Made by a program: the position numbers and the translations under genes. DNA of 62,976 nt, filler included, from Reclinomonas americana ATCC 50394 (taxonomy: Eukaryota): the NCBI GenBank assembly GCA_048213135.1. It is 4 parts of 3 records of this genome, joined end to end, with 100 filler letters (N's around TTAATTAATTAA, not from the genome) between each part and the next. Parts side by side here need not be neighbours in the genome. Positions count along the whole stretch, not along the records: positions 24,202 to 48,863 come from PS015293.1; positions 48,964 to 60,829 come from PS015295.1; 2 more parts are not named here. One strand, written 5' to 3'. Shown here in pieces: positions 46,760 to 59,387 of this stretch. Position 1 is the first letter of the stretch, and every line of letters starts with the position of its first letter. The notes under the pieces were generated by a model. That model did not search any database. It saw only the letters and a program-made list of their open reading frames with translations, and was not told the DNA's origin.

Positions 46760-48863
46760 ATGCCACCCATTCAAGACATTCGCCTGCTCAAGGCCGACTT
46801 TATTAACATTCCCTCTGGTTTGTTACGAAAGAGAAAGCGAGAGCAGTCACGCACAATCTCTAATCCATTCTGATCACAGTCATTGTCGATTTGTTTGACA
46901 ACATTGTGACACAAGTTGCGCTCTCTTTCTCTTTCACACTCACACGCTCTTCCTCTTGTACGCCAACACTTCCTCCTCCTCCCCCTCAGTGGAATCAACT
47001 GACAACGTACATTACCTTACTGGAACGCGACAAGAACTCGGCCGATGCCAAGGAGCGCGCCTTACGAGAGGAGATTCAGGCCAATGAGCGCCGCATTGAT
47101 GCGCTACAGCAGCGCGTGCAGGTGCCACCACTTGACTCGCCTGATCGCCACCTCCACCAGCACAACAGTCTCTTATTGTTCGTTTGTTTTTGTCATGCAG
47201 GAGGTGGAGACGCGTCTGTCGCGTCGCATCAACGAGCTGGACATGAACATCACTGTGCAGGGCAACACGTTGCGCGAGAACGCTGCCGATCGTGTGGCGA
47301 TCAAGGAGAGCGTGCAGGCGTTGGATAATCGCATGGGTGCTGAGGCCGGGCGCATGGATTCGCTCAAGGAGACGCTCGGCAAGCTGTCGGAGCTCACCAA
47401 GTTGGCGCAGGCGCACGCCGATGTGGTGTCGGCGCAGATTCAGAGTGAGCTGCAGGCGGGCATGTCGACGCTGCGACAGGAGCAGCGCGTCAAGTACGAC
47501 GAGTATGATTCGTCCATTACCAAGTTCCGTGTCTCTCTCATTCCCTCCTGATGTGTGTGCATTCTCACTCGTGCCCGCTCGTAGCATCTGTGGCCAGCTG
47601 GAGCAACACAGCGCGCGCTTTGTGGATGTGGACGAGCGTCTGGGCTTCACCAAGGCCGACATTACGTCGGGTTTCCGCTCCGTGTACGACATGGTGCGCG
47701 ATTTGCGCGAGACCGGAACGCGCACCACCACGGAAGCGCTGTCGCTGATCACCGGACTGCGTACGGATGTGAATCGCGGCGCCGAGGCACACACCCACCT
47801 CCAACAAGTCGTGCAGACGAATGCCGACCACGCCAATCAACAGCATCACACGCTCGACACGCGGTTGCGCGAGTCCGACAAGCGCACCGCCGAGTCCATG
47901 CGCAAACTCGAAGCCGAGACCGCTGTCTTCAAGAAGGCGGTCGAGGACGAAATGACCGCCATGAACGAGCACATTGCCGCCGAAGGCAAGATTATGCGCG
48001 ATCTCGTCACTGCGGAGGCACGCACGCGTGCACAAGCGGTCAACGAGGTGCAGGATGATGTCAGTCGCAAGCACCAACAGGTAACGTGGCATGCGCCTAT
48101 GTTCGTGTATGCACGTTGTTTGTGTCTCATGATCCTCGTCCTTGTCGTCGTAGGTGCTTGGTGGCATTGGCGAACTGCACGAGCGTGTGGACAATGTGGA
48201 GCGCGATGTGGAGGACAAGCACTTTTCGCTGCAGCAGGCACTGGCCGACACCAAGGCCAACCTCGAATCGCAGCTGCAATACGTGGACTCACATCTCACT
48301 CGCATGGTTCGCGAGTACGCCTCGTCGTCCACCTTCCAGCGCATCACCGAAGCCCGTATGTTTGCCCTCGAGACGCGTCTGCGTCAGGAGGAAGAGGTTT
48401 GTGTGCGACGCATTGCGCGTACGTTTTCGCGTCTTCTCACATCGGATAATGCACACAGGAACGCATGCAGGAGAGCGTGCGCATTCACGAGCAGTTGTCC
48501 AAGACTGTCACGCCACCACGCAGTCGACCCATTGCTGTGGCCGACGCTCGTCATCACGGTCCAGCCGCCACCGCCACTGCCTCGCTCCGATACGGCATTC
48601 AACCCACTGCCTCACTCGCATCGTCCTCACAAGCCCCACCACCGCCGCCAGCCGGAACCGCCGGCACTCCGTCGGCACGCAGTGCCCGCGGCATGGCAAA
48701 GAAGTCGGCCGCCTCCATTCCGTCGTCGGGTTCGGCGGCGCCCGATCTGCAAGTCCGGCCGAGCTCGCGCGAGCGCACAACTGGTCGCCCCGCTGCAGGA
48801 GCCGACGGCGATGGTGCCACCGTGGCCGCCGTCAACATGCCGCCACCGCTGCCCGAGACCAAT
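46760..48863 (+). CDS. Long coiled-coil protein (truncated at scaffold end)
   Basis: In-frame spliced exons from MPPIQDIRLL; heptad-rich E/Q/R/L sequence followed by a Pro/Ser tail. Confidence 0.75.
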
Positions 48864-48963
48864 NNNNNNNNNNNNNNNNNNNNNNNNNNNNNNNNNNNNN
48901 NNNNNNNTTAATTAATTAANNNNNNNNNNNNNNNNNNNNNNNNNNNNNNNNNNNNNNNNNNNN
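48864..48963. other. Artificial scaffold-join linker
   Basis: N-run, TTAATTAATTAA, N-run. Confidence 0.97.
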
Positions 48964-48998
48964 GTTCGAATGCTCATTCATTGCGTGTGATCGAGCAG

Positions 48999-50770
48999 CG
49001 TTCCGCACCATGTCCATTGCGTACCGCGACATTCCGACACTGCTCCCCGAGTACTCGGACTTGGAGCAGGCCCCGGAGGACGACATGACGCTCATTGCGA
49101 TTGTGGGCATTCAGGATCCGCTGCGCAAGGAGGTCACCGATGCTATTCGCCGCTGCAAGGAGGCCGGCATTACTGTGCGCATGGTTACTGGTGACAGTTG
49201 CGTGCGCATGTGGTTGTTTTTCCCTCCGGGTGGGTATGATGGTGCTGACGTGTGTGCTCGTGACAGACATTGAGACTGCCCGCGCCATCGCCACCGAGTG
49301 CGGCATTCTTGGACCGAATGATGAGGCCATGGAGGGTCAGCAATTCCGCGACCTCGAGGGCGAGGCACTCGATCGTGCCCTGGCTCGCCTGACCGTGTTG
49401 GCGCGCTCCACTCCGGTCGACAAGTTGAAGCTCGTGAACCGCCTCCACGACCTCGGCGAGGTGCGTTGAACCGTGCGCTTTGCTGTGTCTGTTCTCTCCT
49501 GTCTGCTCATTTGTATTTGATTGATCACCTGTAGGTCGTTGCGGTGACGGGTGACGGGACAAACGACGCGCCGGCCCTGAAAGCCGCCGATGTGGGTCTC
49601 TCAATGGGTCTGTCTGGCACCGAGGTGGCGAAGGAGGCGTCTGACATTGTTATTCTGGATGACAACTTCAAGTCCATTGTGAACGCCGTCCTGTGGGGCC
49701 GCTCGGTGTACGAGAACATTCGCAAGTTCCTGCAGTTCCAGCTCACCGTCAACGTGGTGGCGCTGGTGGTGACGCTGATTTCTGCTCTGGCTCAACGCGA
49801 GTCGCTGCCGCTGACCGCCATTCAGTTGCGTTTTTGAATTGCTCGCCACTTAACTCGGTTACTCGTCCTCACACTCGACTGGCGATGCAGGCTGCTGTGG
49901 GTCAACCTCATCATGGACACGTTCGCTGCGCTGGCTCTGGCCACGGAACCCCCGAACCCATCGTTGCTGAAGCGCAAGCCGTACGGCCGTTTCGACGCCC
50001 TCATCACCTCCATCATGTACCGCAACATTGCCGTGCACTCGGTGTTCCAGCTGATTGTGCTCTTTGTGCTGGAGTACGGCGGTGCCCGTATTTTCGGTCT
50101 CAGCCCCGGACTCGTCAATGGCGAGATCAATCTCGATGCCAAGGTCCTCAACACCATCATCTTCAACACGTTTGTGTTGCTGCAGTTGGTCAATGAGATC
50201 AACGCACGCAAGGTCAACGACGGTGCGTGCTCGAGTTTACTATTTTCTTTTGGTGTGTGTTTGCTCGTGTCTGACACAGACTGTCGGTGCTGCAGAGATG
50301 AACGTGTTCGAGAACATCACCAAGAGCGCCATGTTTATGGCTGTGATGGGCTTCACTCTGGTCGCCCAGTTCCTCATTGTGCAGTTCGGCTCGGAGCACG
50401 CCACCTCCACCGTGCCGCTCACGTTTACGCAATGGATTGTCGCAATTTTCATTGCCGCTCTCAGCATTCCAGTTGGTGCGTGGTTGTCTGTGTGCGAAAG
50501 TGTATGTGTGTGTGTAGTTGTCGTGTGTGTGTGCTCACGGGCAATTGTCACAGGTTTCCTGGCGCGTTTGATCAAGGTCAAGCCGCTGTCATCGACCATC
50601 CCCACCGATGTAGCACTCCGTCGCTCGCAAGTCGAACTCCACGACATCCGCTCTCTCCACAACGACGACGATGCTCGTGCGTCTCCTACCGTGCCCGTGC
50701 CCCACCCTCTTCCCCTCTCTTGCTCACTCGTTTGTCCTCAGATTCTCCAACGCACGAAAAGTCAAAATGA
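48999..50770 (+). CDS. P2B (PMCA-type) Ca2+-ATPase, C-terminal half
   Basis: [79 protein letters not shown]. Confidence 0.96.
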
Positions 50771-50984
50771 GACTCCAGCGCTGCCGAGAGGGAGCGTGAA
50801 CATGATGCACACCTTATATCACGCATGCCATTTTGCCGACGGCGGTCTGCGTTGACGATTTTCTTGAATCCGTCTCTTTTATGCTCATTTGACAAGTATA
50901 TTACTACAACTACAACACACACACGTAGGAGTCTTTACAGTTGGCTTTTTTATTTGAGAAACAAGAAACACAAAGAGCGGCACG

Positions 50985-53900
50985 TCATTGGCTGACGGTC
51001 TCTGGTGGCCGATAATTGGCAACAAATGGCGACGGCCGATTGCTCTTCGCACTGCCCCGACTCGCTGCCGCCGGAGCGACTGCTGCTGCTGCTGCTGTTG
51101 ACGACGCTGCGTGTCGGCGCTTGGCGGCGTCCACGGCTGCTCTCTCGGGCGACGCGGCCGCCGGCCGCTGTTGCTGCACTGTGCCCTGCGACGGGGCCAC
51201 TGGGGTGGCGCGCGCCGACAGCGACTGCCCTCTGTCGCGACGTGGTGGCTGTGGTGGAGCGTGGGCAATCGGAGCGAGGTACGACGAAGACAAAGATGAA
51301 GATGATGGTGTTGGCGTTGGTGTGGCGGCCGCACTGCGAGCGGTCACATGCAAGACACCGCGTCGCTCTGGAGGTCGTCCAGCGTCCACGTGTCGGTGGC
51401 GTGGGTGACGGCCGGCCACGTCGCCAAACGACAGCCGCACTGGTCGAATGGCCGACGTTGGAGTTGGGTGCATGGCCACGGGTGCCGTGGAGGTGAACGG
51501 CGATGCGAGCGGGGGGCTAATGTCGCGCTGTGCCGGTCGTGGACTGCGCGATCCACGACCGCGGCTCGATGACGGTGGGCTGACGCCGCGACCAAATGGG
51601 CTCTTGGAGCGGTCGCGCATCAGTGGAGTGGCACGAGTGGATCGTCTTGGCGACACGCGGCCGACACCAACGTAGGCGGCACTCTCCCGCGCCGGCGTAA
51701 TGACGGCCGGTTCGTCAAAGCAGGGTTTCCGTTGCTGCACGAGTGTGGGCGGGAGGCGGACGTCGGAGAGAGCGACTGTCGCCCACGAGACGTGCTCCTT
51801 GTGCACGGTCTGTGGAGGAAAGCAAGAATCAGCATCGGCGAAAAAACAGCCAGTGCGTGACGGGGGGTGTGGACTGCACGCAACGTCCACAATGGGAATG
51901 GCAGAGAGGCGCTCCGAGCCCGCCGAGTCGCCACTCTCCGACGACGACGAATCGGCGCGTGGCGACGGCGGTGAGATTTGAGTGACAGAATTGGCTTGAT
52001 TGCTGATAAAGATGCTAATGGTGGGCGACGGTGACGAGAACACGGGCGGCACGCGCGGTGGTGTGCGGTCCGGCATGTATGTCGGCAAAGCCTCCGGTAC
52101 CAGGTCGGAGATCTCGACCGAGGCCGCACGGCGTCGAGTCTGCGCCGAGGAAGGATTTGAGTGCACAGACAGACACACAATCAACAACACAAATAAAGCG
52201 ATTGAAAACACACACCTCAATCGTCGGCGACACAGTGTGTGAGGTTTCGCCCGACAACGAGGTCGGCCGGTTATCCGAGGTCGGAAAGCGAGGCGCCGGC
52301 AGGTCCTCAAACGTGACATCGGAACTCGGTTGACGGCCGTGCAGCCGTCGCGGCTCCAAGTACTGCTCGGTGCCGGNNNNNNNNNNNNNNNNNNNNTGGC
52401 GTGCTCGTCAACGCTGGCAACGGCGGCAACTCCTCCTGCGGCCTGTCCACTGGCGGCCGTGGAGGTGACCGCGGAGGCGAATCGTTCACGTCAATGAACA
52501 ACGCCGGCGAGCTTGGAACGGCGGCCGATGACACGGGCGAAAAGTTTTCGACAGAGTCTGTGTGTTCCACCGCGATGGCGGCAGCAGCTGCAGGCGCAGC
52601 GGCGGAGACTGGTGCACTCTTTTGCACCACCTCCACACGACGCTCGTCTTGCACTTGTTGCTGCACACGAGAGCGCGGGGATGCACGATCGCGCGCTGGC
52701 GACGCTCGCAGACTGCCGTCATCGCTGACTTCCACTTCCTCCTCGTACTCCTCGTACACAATCTCGTACTCGGAGGAACCGTCCTCCTCGCGACCCGTCT
52801 GCGCGCGGCGCGCGTTAGCATCATCGCAACCACACATAATTCCGACACAACACCAACCTGATCCTCGGGGTCGTAGTCTTCGCTGTCGTATTCAACCTCC
52901 TCCTCGGGCTTTGGCGGCTGTGCGCATGAAAGAAAAGGTGAGCTGCCGCCCAATAAAAAACATGACAGCGGAAAACACCACACACGCACGCACCGAGAGG
53001 AAGAATGGCTGGGCAAGCTGCGCGCCGTCAGAGTCGGCATATTGTCGTCGCTGCACAATGTTCTGGGCCATGGCAATGGGCGAACTGATGCGCTTGGAAG
53101 GACCGCCAAACGCCTCGGCCAGACTGGCTCTGCACGAACACGCAGAGTGTGAGAGTGGAGAAATGCAGAGAGATTAAGAGAATACACGCGGCGAACCTGG
53201 CGTCTGCGCCTGGCAGTGCCAACGACAGCTCACCAGGAGCGGATCTGCGCGCGACACCAAAAAGCAGTGAGAAGCAATCGATCGCAACGAGCGACAGAGG
53301 GAGGAAAAGAGACGGAACGATGCGGCAGCGTTGGTCGCAGTGGGTGCCGCTTCCGACGGGTCCGCCTTGTTCTCCTTGACCCTGTGGCGCGCGCGAGCGT
53401 GAGTGAGTGAGATGGACTAGGCGAGGGGGGAAGTGAGACGAAACTTGAGCGCGTCGCGCTTCTTCTTCAGCAGCGCCAGCTTGTTCTGCTTCATCTCCTC
53501 CGTGACCACCTGCGCAAGAAAGTGAGCTCGCTCGCTCCTGGGTGTTTCTCGGTTCGCGCGACGCAACTGGGTCCACAGGAGCCACCACCACCGGCCGCGG
53601 TTGCACCGGCTCGTGCACAATCGGCGGCAGCTTCACCCGCAAGTCCTCGAGACGCAACATGCCGCGATTCTCGCGCGGTGACCCCGGTGTTCTGCGCGCG
53701 ACACACACACACACATGAGCTGCAGACTGAAAAGCACCACCACCACCACCACCACTCACCGTGTTCCGTCGTCCGTCTCCATCTCCTCGCTCACCACAGT
53801 CGACAGATCCTCCAGGCTGTGCGACACCACTCGTCAGACCAACACACCCACACACGCCCTTTCCCGCACCGATTACACAACTCAAACGTGACGCTCGCCC

Positions 53901-54765
53901 GACGCCACGCGCGACTCGCACGCGCCGCCGCCGCCGCCGACGGCCGCAGGTACTGTCCGCCACGCGCCGCCGACGCCGTCTCCACGGGATCCATATCGTC
54001 CTCAAACATCGCATCATCGTCCTCGTGCAGCATGCGCACCGCCTCGTCAAACGACACCGGCTCCGCATTCAACACCGGCTTGTTCATCGACGACGCGGCG
54101 CTGCTGGTGGCCACCGTGATCGCCGACGTGTTGACGCCAGCGGACACCTACAACACGCAATGATATGAGTGTATTTGCGGCGGCAGCGCACACACAAAGA
54201 CGTCACGCACCTGTCGATGATGCGTATTGACACGGCGTGCGGCACCGAGGATCATGGGAATCACGTCCATGGACGACTGCCGCCGTGCGCCACTGCCACC
54301 GCCACCACCAAACGCAGACGACGCATTCGATCCGTTGCCCGCTCCGCCTGCGCTGCTCGGCATCCCAGTCGGCGATCCACGCCTATCCACACCTCGCAGG
54401 CTGCCTAACCCACTGCCGGCACCACTGCCGCCGACCGCAGACGCCAGCGAGCCCTGCACGCATGAAATGCATGTTCAGCGGCTCTCTCTCAACAACACAC
54501 ACACTCCCTCAGTCGCTCTGTTGCGTACCTTGGAACCTGTCATGCGTCCATCCGAGTGCCCTCGTTCTAACACTGACGAGTGCGTGGCCGAGGACGATGG
54601 CGGCGAGTCCTCGCGCATGTGTTGCAGCTGCACGTCCATGTGAGAGGAGGCGGGTGGCGAGGAGACGGCGGCGGCAGTCGCAGCCGCCGCTGCTGCCGCG
54701 TGCTGCTCCTGCTGGCGCCGGTGGAAGCGCTCAATGACGGCCTGACTCGTGGCCGTGTTGCCCAT
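50985..54765 (-). CDS. Large Ser/Pro/Arg-rich low-complexity protein, possible N-myristoylation
   Basis: MGNTATS start; a chain of minus-strand exons with GT-AG boundaries; no domain recognised. Confidence 0.6.
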
Positions 54766-54892
54766 GACGGATGGATGGATGCGTGCGTGCGCTCAGACGC
54801 GATGGGCGAAAAACAAACAAACGTGATAAAGAGAGAGCTGATGATAATCAATGTTTGTCCGGTTTGTTGGTGTTCTTCGCCTTTTTTGACAA

Positions 54893-55844
54893 ATGTTGTC
54901 GCGTGTGGTTGCAACCGCGTTTTTGTTGGCGTTGGCCATTGTTGCGAGTGGCGGCGGAGTGGTGGTGCTCGCGTGGGGACCATTGACGCATCAAGCGGTG
55001 AGAATGGGCGATTCCCACACACACGGCACTCACACACACTACTCACTCTCTCTTGTGACGCACACAGTTTGGCCAGTTCGTTGCGGCGCAGGCGGTGCTG
55101 CCGGCGCAGAATGTGGCGTCGTTTGTGCTGGGCGCGTCGTCGCCGGACGCACTGAAGCGAATCACGCAGGAGCTGCACTCGTTTGCGTTTGCGGAGACGG
55201 CCTTGTCGGTGGCGAGCACGGACGCAGAGCGTTCGTTTGCCCTCGGCTATGGGTCGCATCTGGTGGCCGACCTGGTTGGCCATCATCCCGCCAATGGCTA
55301 CCTGAATGTCACGGCTGATCACGAAGATGAGTTTGCGGCGGATTCGTACTACTATCGGCGTGGGGTGGCGGCGGTGTTGGGGCACCCGTTTGGCGCCGTG
55401 CAGCACTTTGATGCGGCGACGCTGGCGTTTGTGGCGCGTGCGGTCGAGGCGTACTCGCACGGGTCGATCAATGGCACGCAGGTGCAGGAGGCGGCGAGTG
55501 CGTTTGATCGGGAGCTGAAGGAGGAGGTGGCGCTGGTGGTGGCCGAGCTCGTGGATGCCGTGTACGAGGAGCTGATGGTGCACTGGGATACGTGTCGGGC
55601 ACGGCAGTGGGCGCAGGCGCTGGCGCACGTGCAGCTGGCGTGCACGTGGAGTGTGCGAGTGGGTGTCGAGTGGTTGCAGCTGCCGGTGGGCGACGACGCC
55701 GCACAGCAAAAGATGCAAGCCGCCGTCGACGCCCTCTTTGTGGCGAACGGCAACTCTGGCTGTCCATCGGCGACGCCGTCGCTCGTCGACCAGCAGCAGA
55801 GAAGAAGAAGAAGAGCGAGGTGGTTGGCCATGGTGAATGAGTGA
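54893..55844 (+). CDS. Secreted Zn-dependent phospholipase C / GPI-PLD catalytic-domain-like protein
   Basis: Signal peptide followed by WGPLTH; GASSPDA, LHS, GYGSHLVADLVGH, HEDEFAAD; intron 54998-55067. Confidence 0.8.
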
Positions 55845-55899
55845 AGAAAAAAAGTGGGGGTTGGTGGTGAAGTGTTTTGTGGCGAGAGAGGGAGGGAGA

Positions 55900-56564
55900 G
55901 GTGTCGCGGCAAGCCCTGTTGTGTTGACACGCGCGGCGGCGAAACCGCGTGTGTGAACCCCATAACTCGTGTTGGGCGAGGTTGTGACACCCCGTACGCA
56001 TGCGGTGAAAGGGCCCAGCGCACAGACACCACCAGCCGCACGGTACGCATGCACACGCACACCTACGGTTCCCCATGCGACTCAACACACCGCGCAACCA
56101 TCTGCGCAGACACCACCCGCATCCACAAGTCGGAAAACTTGCTTCTCTTGCAAGGCAGCCGACACAAACAGCCAGCGCCGCACATCGAGCCAAGGAACCG
56201 CAAGCAACGCACGTGTGCACACCATCCGCACAACCACTGGCGCCCGCACAACGCACCAGTCCAATGAACTCCCGTACAGGAGTCTCACTTTCTGAATACA
56301 TGTCGTCACCCAAGGACTTTGCCCGGAGAAGAGTGAGAAGCGAACGTGGTCTCCGAAAGGGGTTCTGGACCCCTCTCCCACACACGCACTCTCGCACACA
56401 TGGCACAATGTCACGCAACCCCACACACCGCCATAGCATGTGCCTCGCCACGCCCTCTTCTGCGGCCAGTCTGAGCCTGCCGCGCGACAATTGTGGGTGC
56501 GCACACACCCACAATGCAAATTCCACATGGCCGCGCTGTGCGTACAAGGCGTGCGCTGCGTCGC
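55900..56564 (-). CDS. Fragments of a Cys-rich, possibly PSI-like gene (unresolved)
   Basis: Short segments such as FPTCGCGWCL and GVCALGPFTAC lie between intron-like tracts; the model is not resolved. Confidence 0.3.
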
Positions 56565-56950
56565 NNNNNNNNNNNNNNNNNNNNNNNNNNNNNNNNNNNN
56601 NNNNNNNNNNNNNNNNNNNNNNNNNNNNNNNNNNNNNNNNNNNNNNNNNNNNNNNNNNNNNNNNNNNNNNNNNNNNNNNNNNNNNNNNNNNNNNNNNNNN
56701 NNNNNNNNNNNNNNNNNNNNNNNNNNNNNNNNNNNNNNNNNNNNNNNNNNNNNNNNNNNNNNNNNNNNNNNNNNNNNNNNNNNNNNNNNNNNNNNNNNNN
56801 NNNNNNNNNNNNNNNNNNNNNNNNNNNNNNNNNNNNNNNNNNNNNNNNNNNNNNNNNNNNNNNNNNNNNNNNNNNNNNNNNNNNNNNNNNNNNNNNNNNN
56901 NNNNNNNNNNNNNNNNNNNCCCTCTCTCTTCCTCTCACACACGCGCGCAC

Positions 56951-57604
56951 CCAATTCGTGTGGCCTTTGCACGTGGCCATCGGCGTCTCCATGTTCAGAT
57001 CCCACAGACGCACGGTCGTATCCCCGGAGCTCGACGCCAGCACCTGCGAGTCCGGCGAAAACGCCACACACAGCACCGACTCGGTGTGCCCCGGGAGCGT
57101 GGCTGTACACCTGGTGACAGCACGCACTCGAAAGACCGCCTGCGGCTGAAACAGAACCTGCACGACGCTTTCACCGCTGGCGTCGGCGCTGTGGGGCACA
57201 AGTGTGCATGAGAAGGAGAGAGACTACGCCAAGATGCAAATGCAAGACAGTCGACGGAACCTGCTCGACTTTTGCAGGGCCTCCAACAGCTGCTTCTCCA
57301 CCTCCACCTCTGCATCCTTGCCCACAAAGAACGAGTACGGAGTGTCCTCCTCGCTCGACAGCAGCGAATTGACCAATTGTCGCAGCTGTGTTACATCCGT
57401 GTCGGCACGCAGCTGCAGTGGCGGGCCAGCCACATCGCCTGCGACAGCGTGTGGTCAGAGGCGCGTGGAGCCCCAAAAGTGGATGCGCACAGTGAGAGAG
57501 AAGAGAGACGAACCTGTGTCACGACTGACCAGTTGCACGAGCAGCTGACGATCGGATGCCTCACTCGACACCACCTCCGGGACTGCACCAGATGAAGAGG
57601 CCAT
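56951..57604 (-). CDS. NLE1: Notchless/Rsa4 ribosome assembly WD40 protein, N-terminal part (rest in gap)
   Basis: QLRQLVNSLL..PYSFFV; FQPQAVFRVRAVTRC; GHTESVLCVAFSPD..LASSSGDTTVRLWDL; GHTNWV. Confidence 0.93.
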
Positions 57605-58334
57605 GTCGTTCACTGGCGTGGTGTGTGCGTGTCAGTGGGCGCTCGTGCACATTCACATCAACAGACATGGCCAACACCACGACACCAACGACAGCGATGA
57701 CAGCGACGACAACAACGATGATGATGATGATGATGAAGGCGGCAGAGACAGAGAGAGACATGATCGAGAGTGATAGAGTGGAGGGTGTGGGGAGAGGGGA
57801 AAGAGGACGACGTGACAACACATGCTCGCTGCTAAACACACACAAGTATGTGCACGTAGAGTGGTGGCAAACCATGCACAGTCAACACACACCTTCTTCT
57901 CCGTCCACACGAGACAAAATAAGCTCGACGTCGGTTGATTGTGAGGACTGGCGGGACAAGTTCATCCATCCGTCAACGAATCACCATGTCAGTGCGAGTG
58001 CGTCACGAAGAGGCTGGTGCCGTCGATCGCTACGTGCGCGATGTCAACCAGCAGAGGGCAGTGGCACGCCGCGCGGCAGGCAAGCCGGTGCGATGAAGAT
58101 TGCTATTTCGGCGCGCACACGCTCATCCTCTCACCTCACACTCACACACAGGATCCACCCACCATGTCAGAACTGATCCCGCAAGAGGTGTCCGACGAGT
58201 ACTTTGGCTTGCGCGAGAATTGTTGAGTGCTTGTCTTAGTCTCCAACACTTTTCTCCTCTCCTCTCCACTCACTGCCACTCACCCACCCACCCACCCACA
58301 CAGTGCCGGTGGATNNNNNNNNNNNNNNNNNNNN

Positions 58335-58976
58335 AGTGGCTCTCCTGCGTGCCTCCTGCAACGCACCCGGTCGCGGCAACCCGCCTCGCTGGCCCGGCGA
58401 CATGGTGACGCTGCCGGGAGTGATGACAACTCTCCGCAGAGTCAGACGCGCCAAGTCCTCCGCGGTCGACACTGCCGGCTCACCCGCGGCCTCGCCCGAC
58501 GCCACCCACGACGCACCTGCCGACATGTCGCCCACAGAACCGCGCTGCGCAGACGGAGGTGACGTCGGGTGCAGCTGCAGCACGTGATGACGATGGGGGT
58601 GGTGATGGTGGTGTTGATGATGATGATAGAGATGAGGATGCGTCGCCATGCTTGCGCCGTGCACTGGAGACCGCCCACCATCCACTCCCGACGACGAACC
58701 TGCCGACGAGGCCGCCGATGACACACACGGAGAGTCGGCGAGTGATGAAAGATGCGATTGGTGAATGTGGGAGTGCAGCTGTCGCATATCCGCAGCTGAT
58801 TGAGAGGGAAGAAGAGGAGGAGTTGATGGTGCTGTACCACTGCTGTCTCCAGCGGCAGCGGTGTCGTGGCACACTGCATCTGCGTCGCTTGTGTCTACTG
58901 ACTGTCGGTCGTCGTCGTCCTTGTCTGTGGCCTCGCCACCGCCTCCTCTGTCGACCGCGTCTGTTGCTCGATCCAT
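58335..58976 (-). CDS. N-terminal low-complexity exon of an unknown protein (runs into gap)
   Basis: Open frame from MDRATDAV with Ser- and His-rich tracts. Confidence 0.5.
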
Positions 58977-59387
58977 GCGCACTGATGTAGAAGGGAGAGG
59001 GGAGAAAGGAGAGAAGCGGTGGTGGCTGCGTGTGCAACACACAAGTGGCGAGTTGTGTGGAGGACCGTGCCTGACGGAAAGCTGCTGCAAAATACTGCGC
59101 GAAGTAATTGCAGCGTGTTTGGTTCGTACACATGCATTCTGCTTTAAGGGACGAGATGGCGCGCGAGTGCATGCAGTGGCGGTCTACTGGCCATGTGGGT
59201 GACACTTGCCAAGAGAAACTGCAAAAAAATGTCATCGCATACTTGATATCATGATGAAAACCGGCGAGTCTTATTAATGTGACTTCAGAAGATCTAGCAA
59301 GGCGTGACGAGAAAGAGTGGAGACGGAGGACAGAGAGGTAAGAGACAGAGAGATGAGCGGGTGCACCGTTGAATAACAAGACCAAGC

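Noticed and set aside
54567..56060. Long antisense or overlapping ORFs (this 497-aa ORF and many others in the track)
   Set aside because: These are shadow ORFs from GC-rich codon usage, or ORFs inflated by N-runs; they carry no motifs.
56565..56920. Truncated Notchless pseudogene or fusion to Cys-rich exons
   Set aside because: The missing WD40 repeats coincide with an N gap whose size is probably underestimated.
58041..58314. Small plus-strand gene with a possible GC-AG intron (CAG|GCAAGC near 58080)
   Set aside because: Acceptor-like tracts exist, but there is no protein homology to fix the donor and the sequence runs into a gap.
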